A stretch of DNA of 64,000 bases, taken from positions 277,155,697 to 277,219,696 of the forward strand of contig NC_058135.1 in NCBI RefSeq assembly GCF_016433145.1, in the 5' to 3' direction. The position numbers were made by a program, and so were the translations under genes. The stretch's first letter is position 1. The number at the start of each line of letters is the position of its first letter. The stretch comes from Gracilinanus agilis (lineage: Eukaryota). Of this stretch, positions 12,471-24,674 are shown piece after piece. The notes under the pieces are model-generated. The model was not told where the DNA came from and did no database searches. It worked only from the letters and a program-made list of their open reading frames with translations.

Positions 12471-13722
12471 TATACACATACTTGTATATAAGCTCATCTC
12501 TTATACTTATTAATATGTTGCTTAGATTATAGAATTTTGGTATACATTGCTGTTTTGACATTTAGAAATTAAAATAGTTATGTTGATTAATAGGTCAGAT
12601 ATTTGACTGGTTGTTATCCTTAATATTCAAAGAAGACTAAAATGATATCACTGCTGGTACGTTTTGGTTTTTCCATAAATTGGATTTATGTGAGATAAAG
12701 TCTCAAAAACTCATGATCTCTTCCAACATCATCAAAGTCCAGTGGGAATAGGAAAGTCAAAAAAATTGGTGATTGCTTTGGAAGCAGAAGATGGATGACC
12801 ATGGCTTCTTCCATGACTAACCAAGCCCTAAACACTCCACATAACCTGTGTTTTTTTATCATTGGGGCCATTAGAACAAATTGTTCCCATCTACTCCTTC
12901 CAGTAAGGAGGGAGGGTGTCTATCTCTGTCATTTGAGTAGAAAAAAACTGGAAAGGATTTTATGGAACTTTTACTACTAACTCCCTTATCTATTAATCCT
13001 ATATTTTTACCTGTGAAAAATGGGTGAAAAAGAAGTTAAGTGATTTACTGAAGGCTACAAGGCTTGGGGCAGGACCAAGATGAAATTATCATCATGCCCC
13101 TTCCACATGGACCTCCTCATCTCTAATTAGAATTTCAATATTCTTTGAAAACCTTAATTCCATTGCCAGTTCTTAAAGGAGACTTTCCCTGATTATCGCA
13201 TCATCTAGTCTCCTGAAATTTTCTTGTTTGTTTTGTATTTTGCATTTACTTATATGTATTCATGCTGAATTTTCATGAGGGAATCTAAGTTTCTTGACCT
13301 AATAGACAATTTTATATTTTTCAATGTATCTTCAACACTTAACAGAGTTGTTTAAATATAAAAGGCTCTAAATGCTTGGGTTTTTTTAATAGATTGATTT
13401 TTAATAATTATGTAACCCTCCTGAGAGGCAGCTAGGCAGCAGTTGATTGAGCACTGGATCTGAAGCCAGTGAGACCTGAGTTAAAATCAAGCCGCAGGCA
13501 CTTATCTGCCATTTAACCCAGGACAAGTTACTTAAACTCTTTCTGCCACAGGTTTGGGATAATATGGGGTGGGGGGAATAACAGTATCCATTTCATAGAT
13601 TTGTTCTGAGTATTAAATGAGATATATAAAGTACTTAAGGCACAGTGCCTGGCATATAGTAGGTGCTTACTATATACCTAGCTTTTCCAGTCCCTCCACT
13701 TCAAGTTATTATAGGTAATAGG

Positions 13723-14469
13723 TATAGGCTTTAAAAGTAGGAAAGCAGACTTAGCAGACAGACTAAGGGGGGAAAAAGCCTTGGCTGTCAGCCAGGGACA
13801 TTCAGAATAGAATGAATGGAAAAAACTGTTTGCCCTTGAGGACTCTGGTCAAGCTGGAAAAGTGAGAGGGTGTGGATGCCTTTACCTGCCAAGTGAGGAG
13901 CCCAAGGAGAGTGGAGTTACCACTGTGAAGGAAAACCTGCCAGGGAAGATCAAGTGAGCAAGAAGATCTAGCTGGGGTGGTGGACATCCCAGTCTGAGAC
14001 AAGCTCCTTGATTAGCATTTCCTGGATTTACCTTTCTGTGGATCCATTTCCTGTGCCATCAAGAGGAGCTGAAGAAGACATGATTTTGTGAGAGACCCAT
14101 TTTCCCTTCTAGTCTGTAATAGTCTGATAGTGCACTATAGGCTTTAACCCATTCTCCCAGCCCCTATGTGGTCCCTAGTGTTTAGATTCAGTGTGACCTT
14201 TCCCCATAAACCATCACCCTCAGTTATTATTAAAACCTTGTGTTTATAATTCTTTTGTCCTTGTATTATCCAGTTACTTGCTGGTTTCACAGACTCCCTG
14301 GCTAGGTGGAGCAGTGTGACAGTCAAACCCCAACAGTCACTCCTGTCAACTGCCATTTCCCAAACTGTCAAACCCAATTTCCCCAACGTATGTCCCAACT
14401 ATTGTTCATTCCTGTCTCCTACTCACCCTTAAGAACCCAAATAAAATATAAGTTAAGCCCAGTTTTTAC
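13723..14469 (+). mobile_element. Solo LTR upstream of OR copy 1
   Basis: About 750 bp absent from copy 2 (flanks join near 32790-32810). ATTAAA at about 14229; related to the LTRs at 1-703 and 42734. Ends approximate. Confidence 0.6.
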
Positions 14470-14756
14470 CTTAAGAGCACTCAGCAACAATATGATTATG
14501 AATTGGTCTTTTAACCCTTTAGGCTTTGTGAAGTGCTTTAAATGTTTCATTTACTCAAGCAGAGGTCTAACTCTCTCTGTTTCCAATATGTTCACTCCAG
14601 TTGTAAGTAAAGAATGGATGACCTTAATGTTTAAATGACTGAAGAAAGCAAAAATGAAAGCAAAAACCCCCTAATATAATATGCATTAAATATGAAATGG
14701 CAATGGAAGAGTATTTATGCATCTGCAAAAGTCCCCCATCATTGATATGACATTTC

Positions 14757-14793
14757 CATTCTTCTTTCCCCACAGATTACCCCCATGGAATAA
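14757..14793 (+). promoter_or_regulatory. 3' splice acceptor plus minimal uORF (ATG GAA TAA)
   Basis: cattcttctttccccacAG at 14774-14775, 18 nt before the main ATG; uORF at 14785-14793. Confidence 0.7.
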
Positions 14794-15753
14794 ATGGCAA
14801 AATTTAACTTCACACAAGTGACTGAATTTATTCTCAAAGGGATTACAGACCGTCCTGAGCTCCAGGCCCCACTCTTTCTGGTTTTCTCTGCCATTTACAT
14901 GGTTACAGTGGTAGGGAACATTGGATTAATTATGTTAATCAGGATAGACTCTCGACTTCATACCCCTATGTACTTCTTCCTTAGTCATTTAGCTTTTGTT
15001 GACTTCTGCTACTCCTCAGCAATCACACCCAAGATGCTAGTACATTTTGTAGTGGAGAAAAATATCATTTCATTCAATGCATGTGCCGTTCAAGTAGGAT
15101 GTTTTGTAACATTTGTAATAACAGAGTGTTATATTTTAGCTTCCATGGCCTATGATCGTTATGTAGCTATTTGTCATCCACTGCTTTACTCAGTCATTAT
15201 GTCTCACAAACTCTGTATTCTCTTAGTTGCTATCGCTTATATATACAGTTTTTTGGTTTCACTGTCTAATACTATTGTCACATTCCGTTTATCTTACTGT
15301 GGCAACAATGTCATCAATCATTTTTATTGCGATGATGTTGCCCTCTTGCCTCTGTCATGTTCAAAAACTCACACAAAACAGATGCTTATTTTTGCTTTTG
15401 CTGGGCTTAACACTATTTGTTCTTCATTGATTATCTTTATCTCCTATATTTTTATCATTGCTGCCATCTTAAGGATTCATTCTGCAGAGGGCAGGTTCAA
15501 AGCTTTCTCTACCTGTGGTTCCCATATGATGACTATCACCATTTTATATGGTACTTTGATCTTTATGTACCTGCAACCAAAATCAAAAGACTCCCTGGAC
15601 ACAGACAAAATAGCAGCTGTCTTTTACACAGTGGTGATTCCCATGTTGAATCCCATAATTTATAGTTTAAGGAACAAAGATGTGAAAGAGGCCCTAAAAA
15701 AGGTTCTAGTTAAAGGATGCAAAACATTCAAAATGCTTCAGTCTAGAATGTGA
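14794..15753 (+). CDS. Olfactory receptor, class II, OR8U3 (formerly OR5R1)-like, copy 1, 319 aa
   Basis: All OR motifs intact: [50 protein letters not shown]. The N-terminus [15 protein letters not shown] and [10 protein letters not shown] resemble human OR5R1/OR8U3 as I recall it. Confidence 0.95.
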   Translation: MAKFNFTQVTEFILKGITDRPELQAPLFLVFSAIYMVTVVGNIGLIMLIRIDSRLHTPMYFFLSHLAFVDFCYSSAITPKMLVHFVVEKNIISFNACAVQVGCFVTFVITECYILASMAYDRYVAICHPLLYSVIMSHKLCILLVAIAYIYSFLVSLSNTIVTFRLSYCGNNVINHFYCDDVALLPLSCSKTHTKQMLIFAFAGLNTICSSLIIFISYIFIIAAILRIHSAEGRFKAFSTCGSHMMTITILYGTLIFMYLQPKSKDSLDTDKIAAVFYTVVIPMLNPIIYSLRNKDVKEALKKVLVKGCKTFKMLQSRM

Positions 15754-16763
15754 AAGTATTTAAAAAGCACTTGAGAGAAAGATACATTTTCCTTTTATTT
15801 CAGTTGCCTTTACTAAGTTGACTTCTGTGTCTCATTCATTCATTCATTCATTCATTAAGTTGCTGTCATCTCAATCCTTTGTCTTCACAGGGATTAATAC
15901 TGTACTCTGCAGGAGGTTGTGATAGTTCAGAGGTGCCAGCCAGATGTGTAGTTAGAATGTTCTACTCAAATACTATATACCCCAGAATTCCTTCATTTCC
16001 CAGTATCCCTTTCCCTTTGTCCAAGCTGCATTGTTTGTATACAGTTGTGTGTAACCATGCCCACTCTCTCTCTTTTCCCATGTGTGTGGCTGGGTGAACT
16101 CTCTAGTTTTTTTGTTTTTTTTTAAATTTTCCTTTGCTTCAACTTAGTATTAATAAACTTTATAAACAAAATACTTGGAGATATTGTATATTAGTTTTGA
16201 AGCTTACAGAGGCCACTCTTGACTTTATTATCAGCCAATTCAATGCTATAAGGAGCCACAATATTGCGGTGAACATTCCACCCTTTATAACTTAACAGAG
16301 CTATTGGAGATGTTATGGCTAAAGGAAAGTCTATAAGCCACTTGGTGGTACAATCAAAAGAACAGACTCTAGAATCAAATGATCAAGCTGCACGCCCACC
16401 TCTTATGGTTTTTTGGTTTGCCTGACCTGGAGAAGTCCCTGGAGCTTGCTGTACCTTTGCATCCTGGTTTGTAAAATGAGGAGGTAAAATATCTAGCACT
16501 GGAAAATGAGTCAAAGCTTACCCTCTACTAGCACACCTTTAAAGATGTGAACACTTTTATCATGAGATAAAATTTCTCTGACCTTTTTGTTGGTTCTTCT
16601 GAGATAAACTTTCACTTATAAAATGTGCACATATTAGTAAATGTAGATAAAAAGATAGAGATCAATCATTACATATGTTTATAGATATCCATTTAGCTAG
16701 TAGGATTGAATGCATTTCTATGCATGTTTCTGCATCTGTGGTTTCAGATGCCATAGTTTAAGA

Positions 16764-16962
16764 CAATGATGGGCAAACTATGGCTGCAGGCTAGATGCTG
16801 CCCCCTGAAATGTTCCATCTGGCCTGAGAGACATTATTCCTAATCTGATGAATACAATGATTAGGATACAATACAATAAAACTTTAAAAGAATAGCATTA
16901 GAAACAGATTGAGAGATGAGAATTTCCTTTCCTTTCCTCTTTAAAAAATTTGCCTATCACTG
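16764..16962 (+). mobile_element. hAT MITE (OposCharlie2-like), 199 bp
   Basis: TIRs caatgatgggcaaa / tttgcctatcactg; perfect 8-bp TSD GTTTAAGA at 16756-16763 and 16963-16970. Confidence 0.9.
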
Positions 16963-16974
16963 GTTTAAGATAAT

Positions 16975-17720
16975 CTCTAAGCTATAGAGCATTCAGAAAA
17001 GTATTACCAGTTAAACTACTTATATTGCTATATGGAAAGATAGTATTTATAACTCCCAAGAATTTTGTCATTATTAGGACAGTTAGACTGAATATATACA
17101 GAAAGAGGACATGGGGGTGAGCATGGGTAAGACCGTGATGGGATGATCTCAAAAAATTAACATATGAGAAAAAGAGATGCACTGGTAGAAAGGGGAAAGG
17201 AAAAGAAGAATATGAGAAATTATTTCAATTAAAATTACTGTGTAAAAAGAACATTTTTCAATAGACAGGAAAATGGAAGAAGGTGGTAGATAGCACCTGA
17301 AATTCATTATTGCAATTGTTTCAATGACTTAATAATATAGACATGGGGGCAGCTAGGTAGCTCAGTGGATTGAGAGGCAGGCCTAGAGATGGGAGGTCCT
17401 AAGTTCAAATCTCACCTCAGACACTTCCCAGCTGTTTGACCCTGGGCAAATCACTTGACTCCCATTGCCTACCATTACCACTCTTCTGCCTTGGAGCCAA
17501 TAAACAGTATTGACTCCAAGATGGAAGGTAAGGGTTTTATGTTAAAAAAATAATAATATAGACACAACTTAATAAAGAATCCAGTTTACCCATCAGAGAA
17601 GCAGAAAGGGAAGGGGATAAGAGAATGGAAGGAGGTGATAGAAGATAATGAAAATTAAGAGAAGTAGTGGTCAGAAGTAAAATTGACTTTTGAGGAGGGA
17701 TAGAGTAAAAAGAGAAAGAG
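16975..17720 (+). mobile_element. L1 inter-ORF spacer fragment, interrupted by a SINE
   Basis: Homologous to the purine-rich spacer at 37200-37700. Confidence 0.6.
17344..17550 (+). mobile_element. SINE1_Mdo-like SINE
   Basis: ggggcagctaggtagctcagtgg head; 14-bp TSD TAATAATATAGACA at 17330-17343 and 17551-17564. Confidence 0.92.
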
Positions 17721-17724
17721 AGAA

Positions 17725-17905
17725 GGTAGTTGACTCATTGAATAGAAAGTCAGTCCTGGAGATAATAAATCTGGGGATCAAATCTGACCTCAGGCACTTC
17801 TTAGCTATGTGATTTGGGACAAGTCATTTTACTCCAATTGCCTAGCCCTTACATCACTTCTGCCTTGGAACTGTTATTTAGTATTAGTTCTAAGATGAGG
17901 TAAGT
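17725..17905 (+). mobile_element. Older diverged SINE1-type copy
   Basis: Degenerate match to the same SINE (caaatctgacctcaggcacttc...cttctgccttggaac). Confidence 0.75.
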
Positions 17906-18223
17906 TTGTTTTCCCCCCTAGATCACATCATCACAATTTTAATATATATTCACTTTCTGACATTTTGTCATCTATTCTTTCTCTTTTCTTTCCATCCCTC
18001 ACCTCTCCTCAAGAAGGTAGGCAATATATATATATATCACATTACATCTTTCCATGTTGTGAAAGGAGACACACATTGTCTACACAAGAAACAAGTCCAT
18101 GGAGGAAATAAAGTAAAGAATAGTATGTTTCAATTTGCACTTAGATTGTTCCTTTTATAGCAATGGACATACTTTTTCTGTCATGAATCTCTTGGAATTG
18201 TCCTATATCTTTCTTTTATTGAA

Positions 18224-18775
18224 AACAGGAATGGCTGAACAAATTGTTGTATCTGTTGGCCATGGAATACTACTGTTTTGAAAGGAATAATGAACTGGAT
18301 GAATTCCATGTGAACTGGAATGACCTCTAGGAATTGATGTAGAGCAAAAGGAGCAGAAACAGGAGAACCTTGTTTCACAGAAACTGATCCACTGTGACAC
18401 AATAGAACATAATGAAATTCTCTACTAGCAGCAATATAATGATATGGGACAATTCTGAGGGACTTGTGAGAAAGAACTTTATCCACATCCAGAGAAAGAA
18501 ATGTGGGAGTAGAAACACAGAGGAAAATCATATGATTCATCACATGGCTTGGTGGGGATATGATTGGTGATGTTGACTTTGAATAATCACTGTATTGCAA
18601 ATAGTAATAATATGAAATAAGTTTCGAACAATGATACATGTAAAATCCAGTGGATTGCTCATTGGCTCCAGGAGGTGGGGAGAGAGGAGGGGTGGGAAAG
18701 AAGATGAATTATAAAAAAAATCTTCTAAATAAATCAATTAATCAATTTATTAATTAATTAGATTTAAAAAATCTC
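18224..18775 (+). mobile_element. 5'-truncated younger L1 3' end
   Basis: caggaatggctgaacaaattg...ggaatactactg...aattctgagggacttgtg; AT-rich tail at 18715-18775. Confidence 0.85.
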
Positions 18776-19021
18776 TTTGGGGTACAACCTTTGTAATGAT
18801 ATTACTGGGTTAAATGGTTTGCACAGTGTGATTGTCCTTCAGGTATGGTTAAATTGCTCTTCAGAATACTTGGAGCAGTTCACAGTTCCAACTATACTAT
18901 ATTAGTATCTTGATTTTTCACATCCCATCCAACATTGATCATTTTCTTTATTGTCTTATTAGCTACTTTCATGGGTATGAGGTGGTATCTCAGAATAATT
19001 TTAATTTTGTTTTCTCTAATC

Positions 19022-19214
19022 TAGTTGTTCCCAAACTTTTTTGGCCTATCGCCCCCTTTCCAGAAAAAAATATTACTTAGCCTCCTGGAAATTAATTTTT
19101 TTTAAATTTTAATAGCAATTAATAGGAAAGATAAATGCACCTGTGGCCATCAACACTCCCCTGGATTGCTGCAGCACCCACCAGGGGCAGTGGCACCCAC
19201 TTTGGGAATCACTG
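19022..19214 (-). mobile_element. hAT MITE (OposCharlie3-like)
   Basis: TIRs tagttgttcccaaa / tttgggaatcactg; TSD degenerate. Confidence 0.75.
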
Positions 19215-19424
19215 CCTAATTAGTAATGATTTTAAGCATTTTTATATGACTAAAGATTAACTTCACCTGAAAATTGCCTCTTCATATCTTTTAGTCATTT
19301 CTCAATTGGGAAATGTGTATTCTTACAGATTTGACTCAGTTATGTATCTAGTAAACAAATGAAGGGTCTGTCAGAAAATTGCTATAAAGATTCTTTCCCC
19401 AGTTTGTTTTAAGATAGATTTCTA

Positions 19425-19620
19425 GGAGACAGCTAGGTGGATCAGTGGATTGAGAGTCAAGCTAAGAGATGGGAGATCCTGGGTTCAAATTTGGCCTCAG
19501 ACACTTCCCAGCTATGTGACCCTAGGCAAATCACAACCCCCATTGCCTAGCCCTTACCACTCTTCTGCCTTGGAACCAATACACAGTATTGATTCTAAGA
19601 TGGAAGGTAAGTGTTTAAAA
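19425..19620 (+). mobile_element. SINE1_Mdo-like SINE
   Basis: Full-length match; approximate TSD aa(g/a)atagattt. Confidence 0.9.
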
Positions 19621-19889
19621 AAATAGATTTATATACCTGAGTCTGCATGTTATTTCCACTTAGTGCTAGTTCCAATGATTGTTTGATTTAAACATTCCCT
19701 GTTGCCCCTCCCCCAATCATTTTCCCTTACATTGTATTGATTCTTGTTTTTCACCTCAAGTGAGATAATTAATCCTCAATATTTGTTCATTTTCTCTTTT
19801 CCCAGTTCATTCCTTTTGCTTATCTCTTGATTTTTTGAAACATCATTCCATTATATTCAGCTTATTCTTAGCTATGTTTATATATATAA

Positions 19890-19922
<33 letters not shown>

Positions 19923-22900
19923 TTTGCCCAATCATTGCTCTAATAGTGATGAATTTCTTAAGTATCTTTTGTACCTTAAGTATCCCAAGTCCTTTAGGTA
20001 TATGAGGTACTTCAAGTATAATAGATTTTTTGAGCATATTGGTTACCACTTTCTATTAATGCAATCAGTTTAACTCCATTGTTTCTCTTAATTATCTTAA
20101 AGTATCTTAACTATCTCTTGTAATAAATACTTTACATATTATAGTTATTACTTTCTCAAGCAATGAATGTAATAAGTTTAATAGCATTTTTCCTGCTTGA
20201 TTACTTTCAGTCTGTTAAATACTTTAGGTATTTAATTCTATAGAAATCTTAATTATCACAGATAATACTTTCCCATAGAGGGATGTGATGTTTAATTCCA
20301 TTGATTCCCTTCAATTTTTTTTTACCTTTTTATGCTTATTTTGAATATCAACATTTATTATTGAACTTTCTTTTTGGCTCGGGTCATTTCTTCAGGAATG
20401 CCTGTAAATCATTTTATTTCTTTAAATATCCACTTCTTCCCCTGAATTATTATGCTTAGTGGTACTGAATAGTTGATTTTGGGTTATAGGTATAGATCTT
20501 TTGTGTCATAGAACATCATATTCCATGCCTTCTGATTCTGCAGTTTAGAAGCTGTAAAGTCATATGAAATTCTAATTATGGTTCAACAATATTTGAATTT
20601 TTTTCTGGTCTGCTTCTTTTTTTCCGACTGCTTGGAGTATTTTGTCTTCGTTTGGGAATACTGGAATTTGGCTTGAATAATCCTTTTTTTTTTCATTTAG
20701 GATCTCTTTTTTGGAGGTAATTGGTAGATTCTTTAAATTTTCATTTTTCCCTCTTGTTCAAGAACATCAAGGGAGTGTTCCCTGATAATTCATTCAATAT
20801 GGTGTCCATTTTATTTTTGCTTTGATCATGGCTTTTAGGCAATACAATTATTCTTAGTTTATCTCTCCTAAATATATTTTCTAGGTCAGTTGTTTTTCCA
20901 GTGAGAAATTTCAACTTGTCTTCTACTTTTCCATTCTTTTCCATTTATTTCACTGTTTCCTACTGTCTCTTAAAGTTGTTAAATTTCATTTGTCCAATTG
21001 TAAATTTTAGGGAGTCATTACCTTCTTTGATGTCTTTTACTTCCTTGCTTAGGAAGTTATTTTTGAGGTTAAGGTATCATATTTCCTTTTTTGGGGAGAT
21101 CAGTTTTCATTGGTAAATTTTTCTTTAAAGCTATTGTTTTTTTCTATTATTTTCTCCAAATTGTTTTCTAAGTTATTTTATTTCTATCCTTTTTTGGAGG
21201 TCTTTCAGAGATTAATTTTGGATTTGATATTCCTTCATATTTTCTATTGAGCTTTCACATGCTTGCATTCTTGAATATCTTTCCTCTTCTGAACTTGTAT
21301 TTTGGTCATCTCTCTTGAGATATTTTTTCTAGGTTCAGGCCTTTTCTCTGTCTTTTGCTCATTTTGACGCTATTTTTTTCCCTTTGAGTTTGTCTGTATA
21401 CTAAAGTTGAATGCCATTCCTGTGATGGAAAGAGTACAACCCCATACTTTTAATGTGCCTGGGTTCATCTCAGCTGTCTCAGTTCCAGATTGAGCACTCT
21501 GTAGAGGTGGCCAGTTTGGCCTGCTATGTAGAGGTTTACAGTTTTCTGGTACAGCTAGTCAAAGTTGGGTTCTGACTACACCTACCAAAATGGAGGATGT
21601 CTGAATGCATCTTGATGCAATCTGTATTTCACTTTCTACTTTTTTTATTAGAGATCTTTGCCACAAAATGACTATTATAGAAAAAAGTTATACATGATTA
21701 CATATACAAAAACAATATTAGATAGCTTACCATCTTGGGGAGTGGTCAGAAGTGGGAGGGATAGAGAGAGAATGAGAAGAGAGGGGGAGCTTTAGAACTC
21801 AAAACTTAAAAATAACAAATATTTTAAATGCTTTTACATATAAATGGGGCAAAATAAAATATTATTAAAATAAAATTATAGCCCTTAAACAGAATGGATC
21901 TTCTCTATTTATAGATAAGAGCCAAATGTATAAAATTAAGAGTCATTTACCAGTTTATAAAAGGCCAAAGGATATGAATAGGCAGTTTTCAGAAGAAGAC
22001 ATTGAAGTTATTCATAGTCACAGGAAAAAAATGCTCTAAATCTCTACTAATTAGAGAAATGCATAGTTAGCTTTGAGTTACTACCTCATACTAATCAGAT
22101 TAGCTAACATTCATAGAAAAGAGAAGTAACTAATGCTGGAAAGAATGTGGAAAAATTTGGAAACTAAAGCACTGTTGTTGAGTTTTTAAATAGTCCAGAC
22201 ATCTTGAAGAACAATTTGGAATTGTTTCCAAAGAGTACTTTTTGACCCAGATATTTCAGTAGTAGGTATGTATCTCAAAGTGACCAAAAGAAAGGAAAAA
22301 GGATAAGAAAGAAATCCACACTCCTATGTACCATTACTACACAATACTGAGCGTACTATGTTTTTAACTTTATCTTTCATTTCATAAAGTTATTTATTTT
22401 GGTACAATATTTAGTAGGTATCCATTTTAGTACACTTTGTGACTTGCAAAAAAGTATTTTAATGCCTTTATTATGAAGGCTAAATGAAGTGGTTTAATGG
22501 CACAAATTCACATTATATAAAAGTTATTTTGTGTAGTGGTTTATGAAAAAGTCTACATAAAGAAATTGAGCATTACCTATATGAAGATCAGTTAATTACT
22601 GGTGCAATGGAAACAATAATTGGTCTGGAGTCAAGAAAAGCTAAGTTCAAATTTGGCTTCAGAAACAAATTAGCTGTGTGACCTGGTGTCTATTGCTTAA
22701 CCTGTTTCCTTCAGTTTCCTCAACTATAAAATGAGGGTTATAATAGTACCTAACTTGCATGATTGTTGTGAGAAGCAAATGAGATAATACTTGCAAAATC
22801 TCTTAGTCTAGGTGTGGACATATTTCAAGTACTTAATATTGCCTTCCTTTCCTTTCCTGTATAATAGTGCTTGACATTTTTTTCTAAAATTCTTTCTCAT

Positions 22901-23415
22901 TTGTTATCTTAGGGAATGTTCAAGATGGAAGTTTGGGGTCCACTAGTCAAGCACAAATTATATGAAGAATGTCTTCTATGACAGCATACATTATTCACTG
23001 TGTTTAAAGGCTCAATAGAGTGGAAAATAGGTTAATTCCTTATATAGTCACTCCTTTTTCTTTCTTATATCAGTAAGTATTTATTAAATTTCTATTATAT
23101 GTCAGTCAGTGTACTAAGGCATAGGAATGTTTTAAAAAGCAAAAAGAATGAAAGTAACTACTCTGAAAGAGTTTATATTCTTTGGGGGAAAGATGATACT
23201 TTAAAAATAAGCTGAAACAGAAAGTATCAGTTATTGTAGTATGGCACAGAGGGTAAAAATGAGGAGCAGAGTCATTAGAGGAATGAAGAAATAAGAATGG
23301 CTAGAAAAAGTGCTTCCTAAAAATAGGGAAAATCACTAATCTGAAAAGTGTGTCATAATTGTGATGGGATCTTCCAGGATGACATGACCAAAGATTTCAC
23401 ATGTTGGACAATTTA

Positions 23416-23544
23416 ATTTTTTTTAAGCCCTTACCTTCTGCCTTGGAGCCAACTGCTGGGAAGTGTCTGAGGTCAGATTTGAACTTAGGACCTCCCATTT
23501 CTAGACCTGACTCTCAATCCACTGAGCTACCCACCTGTCCCCCT
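23416..23544 (-). mobile_element. Internally deleted SINE1-like copy
   Basis: 14-bp TSD TGTTGGACAATTTA at 23402-23415 and 23545-23558. Confidence 0.88.
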
Positions 23545-23585
23545 TGTTGGACAATTTAAAGTGAGGAATCAAAATATCACTAAGT

Positions 23586-23769
23586 GGGGCAGCTGGGTAG
23601 CTCAGTGGAGTGAGAGTCAGGCCTTGAGACAGGAGGTCCTAGGTTCAAACCTGGCCTCAACCACTTCCCAGCTGCGTGACCCTGGGCAAGTCACTTGACT
23701 CCCATTGCCCACCCTTACCAATCTCCCACCTATGAGACAATACACCAAAGTACAAGGGTTTAAAAAATT
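23586..23769 (+). mobile_element. SINE1_Mdo-like SINE, young subfamily
   Basis: 12-bp TSD ATATCACTAAGT at 23574 and 23770; diagnostic tail cacctatgagacaatacaccaaagtacaaggg. Confidence 0.92.
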
Positions 23770-24382
23770 ATATCACTAAGTTTGTGAACCTGAATAACAG
23801 CATTTGCCCAAAATAGAGGATCCTTAGGAAATTCAAAAACAGAAAAAAAATCACTCAGTAGTTATGGTCCTATATTCAATGGCAAAGCAGATGATAATTC
23901 ATAATATTTAATACCATTTGCACTCATGTAATTATATCTCTTTCTGATTTTTAAACATTTGACAATACAAAGATTTTAGTGGGAGGGATTTTATTTTCTG
24001 GGACTTTAGTAGTTATAACTATAATGACTAGAAATATAGAAATCTGACTATATGATGGGTGCTGAGTGCTGGATGATCATTAAGCTCTCAATAGAGGTGG
24101 TAGTGGATGTAATGTTGATGGCTTCATCCACCTAGCTTCCTGTCTTTCCCAATGTTCCTTGTTTTCTTTCCTAAGGAAAAGTTTCAGTAATAGTCTTGGT
24201 GCTCTCAAGTGTCCTTCTCTATCCACTATCCAACCTAGTTGCATTAAAATATCCTAAGAACTACAGGGTCTCACTCCTGATTCTAGAAGCTTTTCCCTTT
24301 AATGTACTGTGCAGTCCAGTTAAATTGGCTTTCATGCTGTTCTTCTTAAAAAATATTTCTTCTCTTCTCTTGATGTCTTTTT

Positions 24383-24544
24383 TCTTTTTTTTCTTTTCTT
24401 TTTAACATTTATTAATATTTATCTTTTAGAAAAGTTAACATGGTTACATAATTCATGATCTTACTTTCCCCTTCACCTCCCGACTTCCCCCTCCCCCACC
24501 ATGGCTGAAGTGTATTTCTACTGGTTTTAACATGTGCCATTGAT
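24383..24544 (-). mobile_element. Severely 5'-truncated L1 (about 160 bp of 3' end)
   Basis: Matches the L1 3' end at 41050-41190; 14-bp TSD CTTGATGTCTTTTT at 24369 and 24545. Confidence 0.88.
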
Positions 24545-24674
24545 CTTGATGTCTTTTTATAAGATCTTCCTTCTTTCCTTTTTCAATGAATGAAAATCTA
24601 TGGAGGACGTATTTTTAGTTTTAAGATATGAATTTATTAATCTGCTGCTCAAGAAAATCTAAGCAGCCAATTGT

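Larger units (their letters stand above)
5040..16760 (+). repeat. Tandem segmental duplication, copy 1 (contains OR at 14794)
   Basis: Colinear non-repeat anchors with copy 2: 5701/22330, 6541/23816, 6830/24090, 7441/24635, 8910/26165, 10381/27455, 11940/30275, 14590/32905, 16563/35402. Boundaries approximate. Confidence 0.9.
17920..21620 (-). mobile_element. Old L1 (3' end, ORF2 tail, spacer, ORF1, 5' region) with most of ORF2 missing
   Basis: ORF 20741-20944 (-) gives the ORF1p-like LENIFRRDKLRIIVLPKSHDQ. ORF2 C-terminal motifs at 18776-19400. Interrupted by an L1, a hAT MITE and a SINE. Confidence 0.7.

Noticed and set aside
14757-14880. Possible gene conversion between the two OR8U3-like genes (first 29 aa identical)
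   Set aside because: Those 29 codons still differ at 6 synonymous sites, which fits purifying selection rather than recent homogenisation.
16975-17720. L1 spacer fragment as part of the segmental duplication (similar to 37200-37700)
   Set aside because: The copy-2 counterpart lies 1.3 kb further on with different flanks, so independent L1 insertions explain it equally well.
23586-23660. tRNA-like A/B boxes in SINE heads as tRNA genes
   Set aside because: They are the tRNA-derived heads of SINEs with tails and TSDs; no standalone cloverleaf with an acceptor stem was seen.
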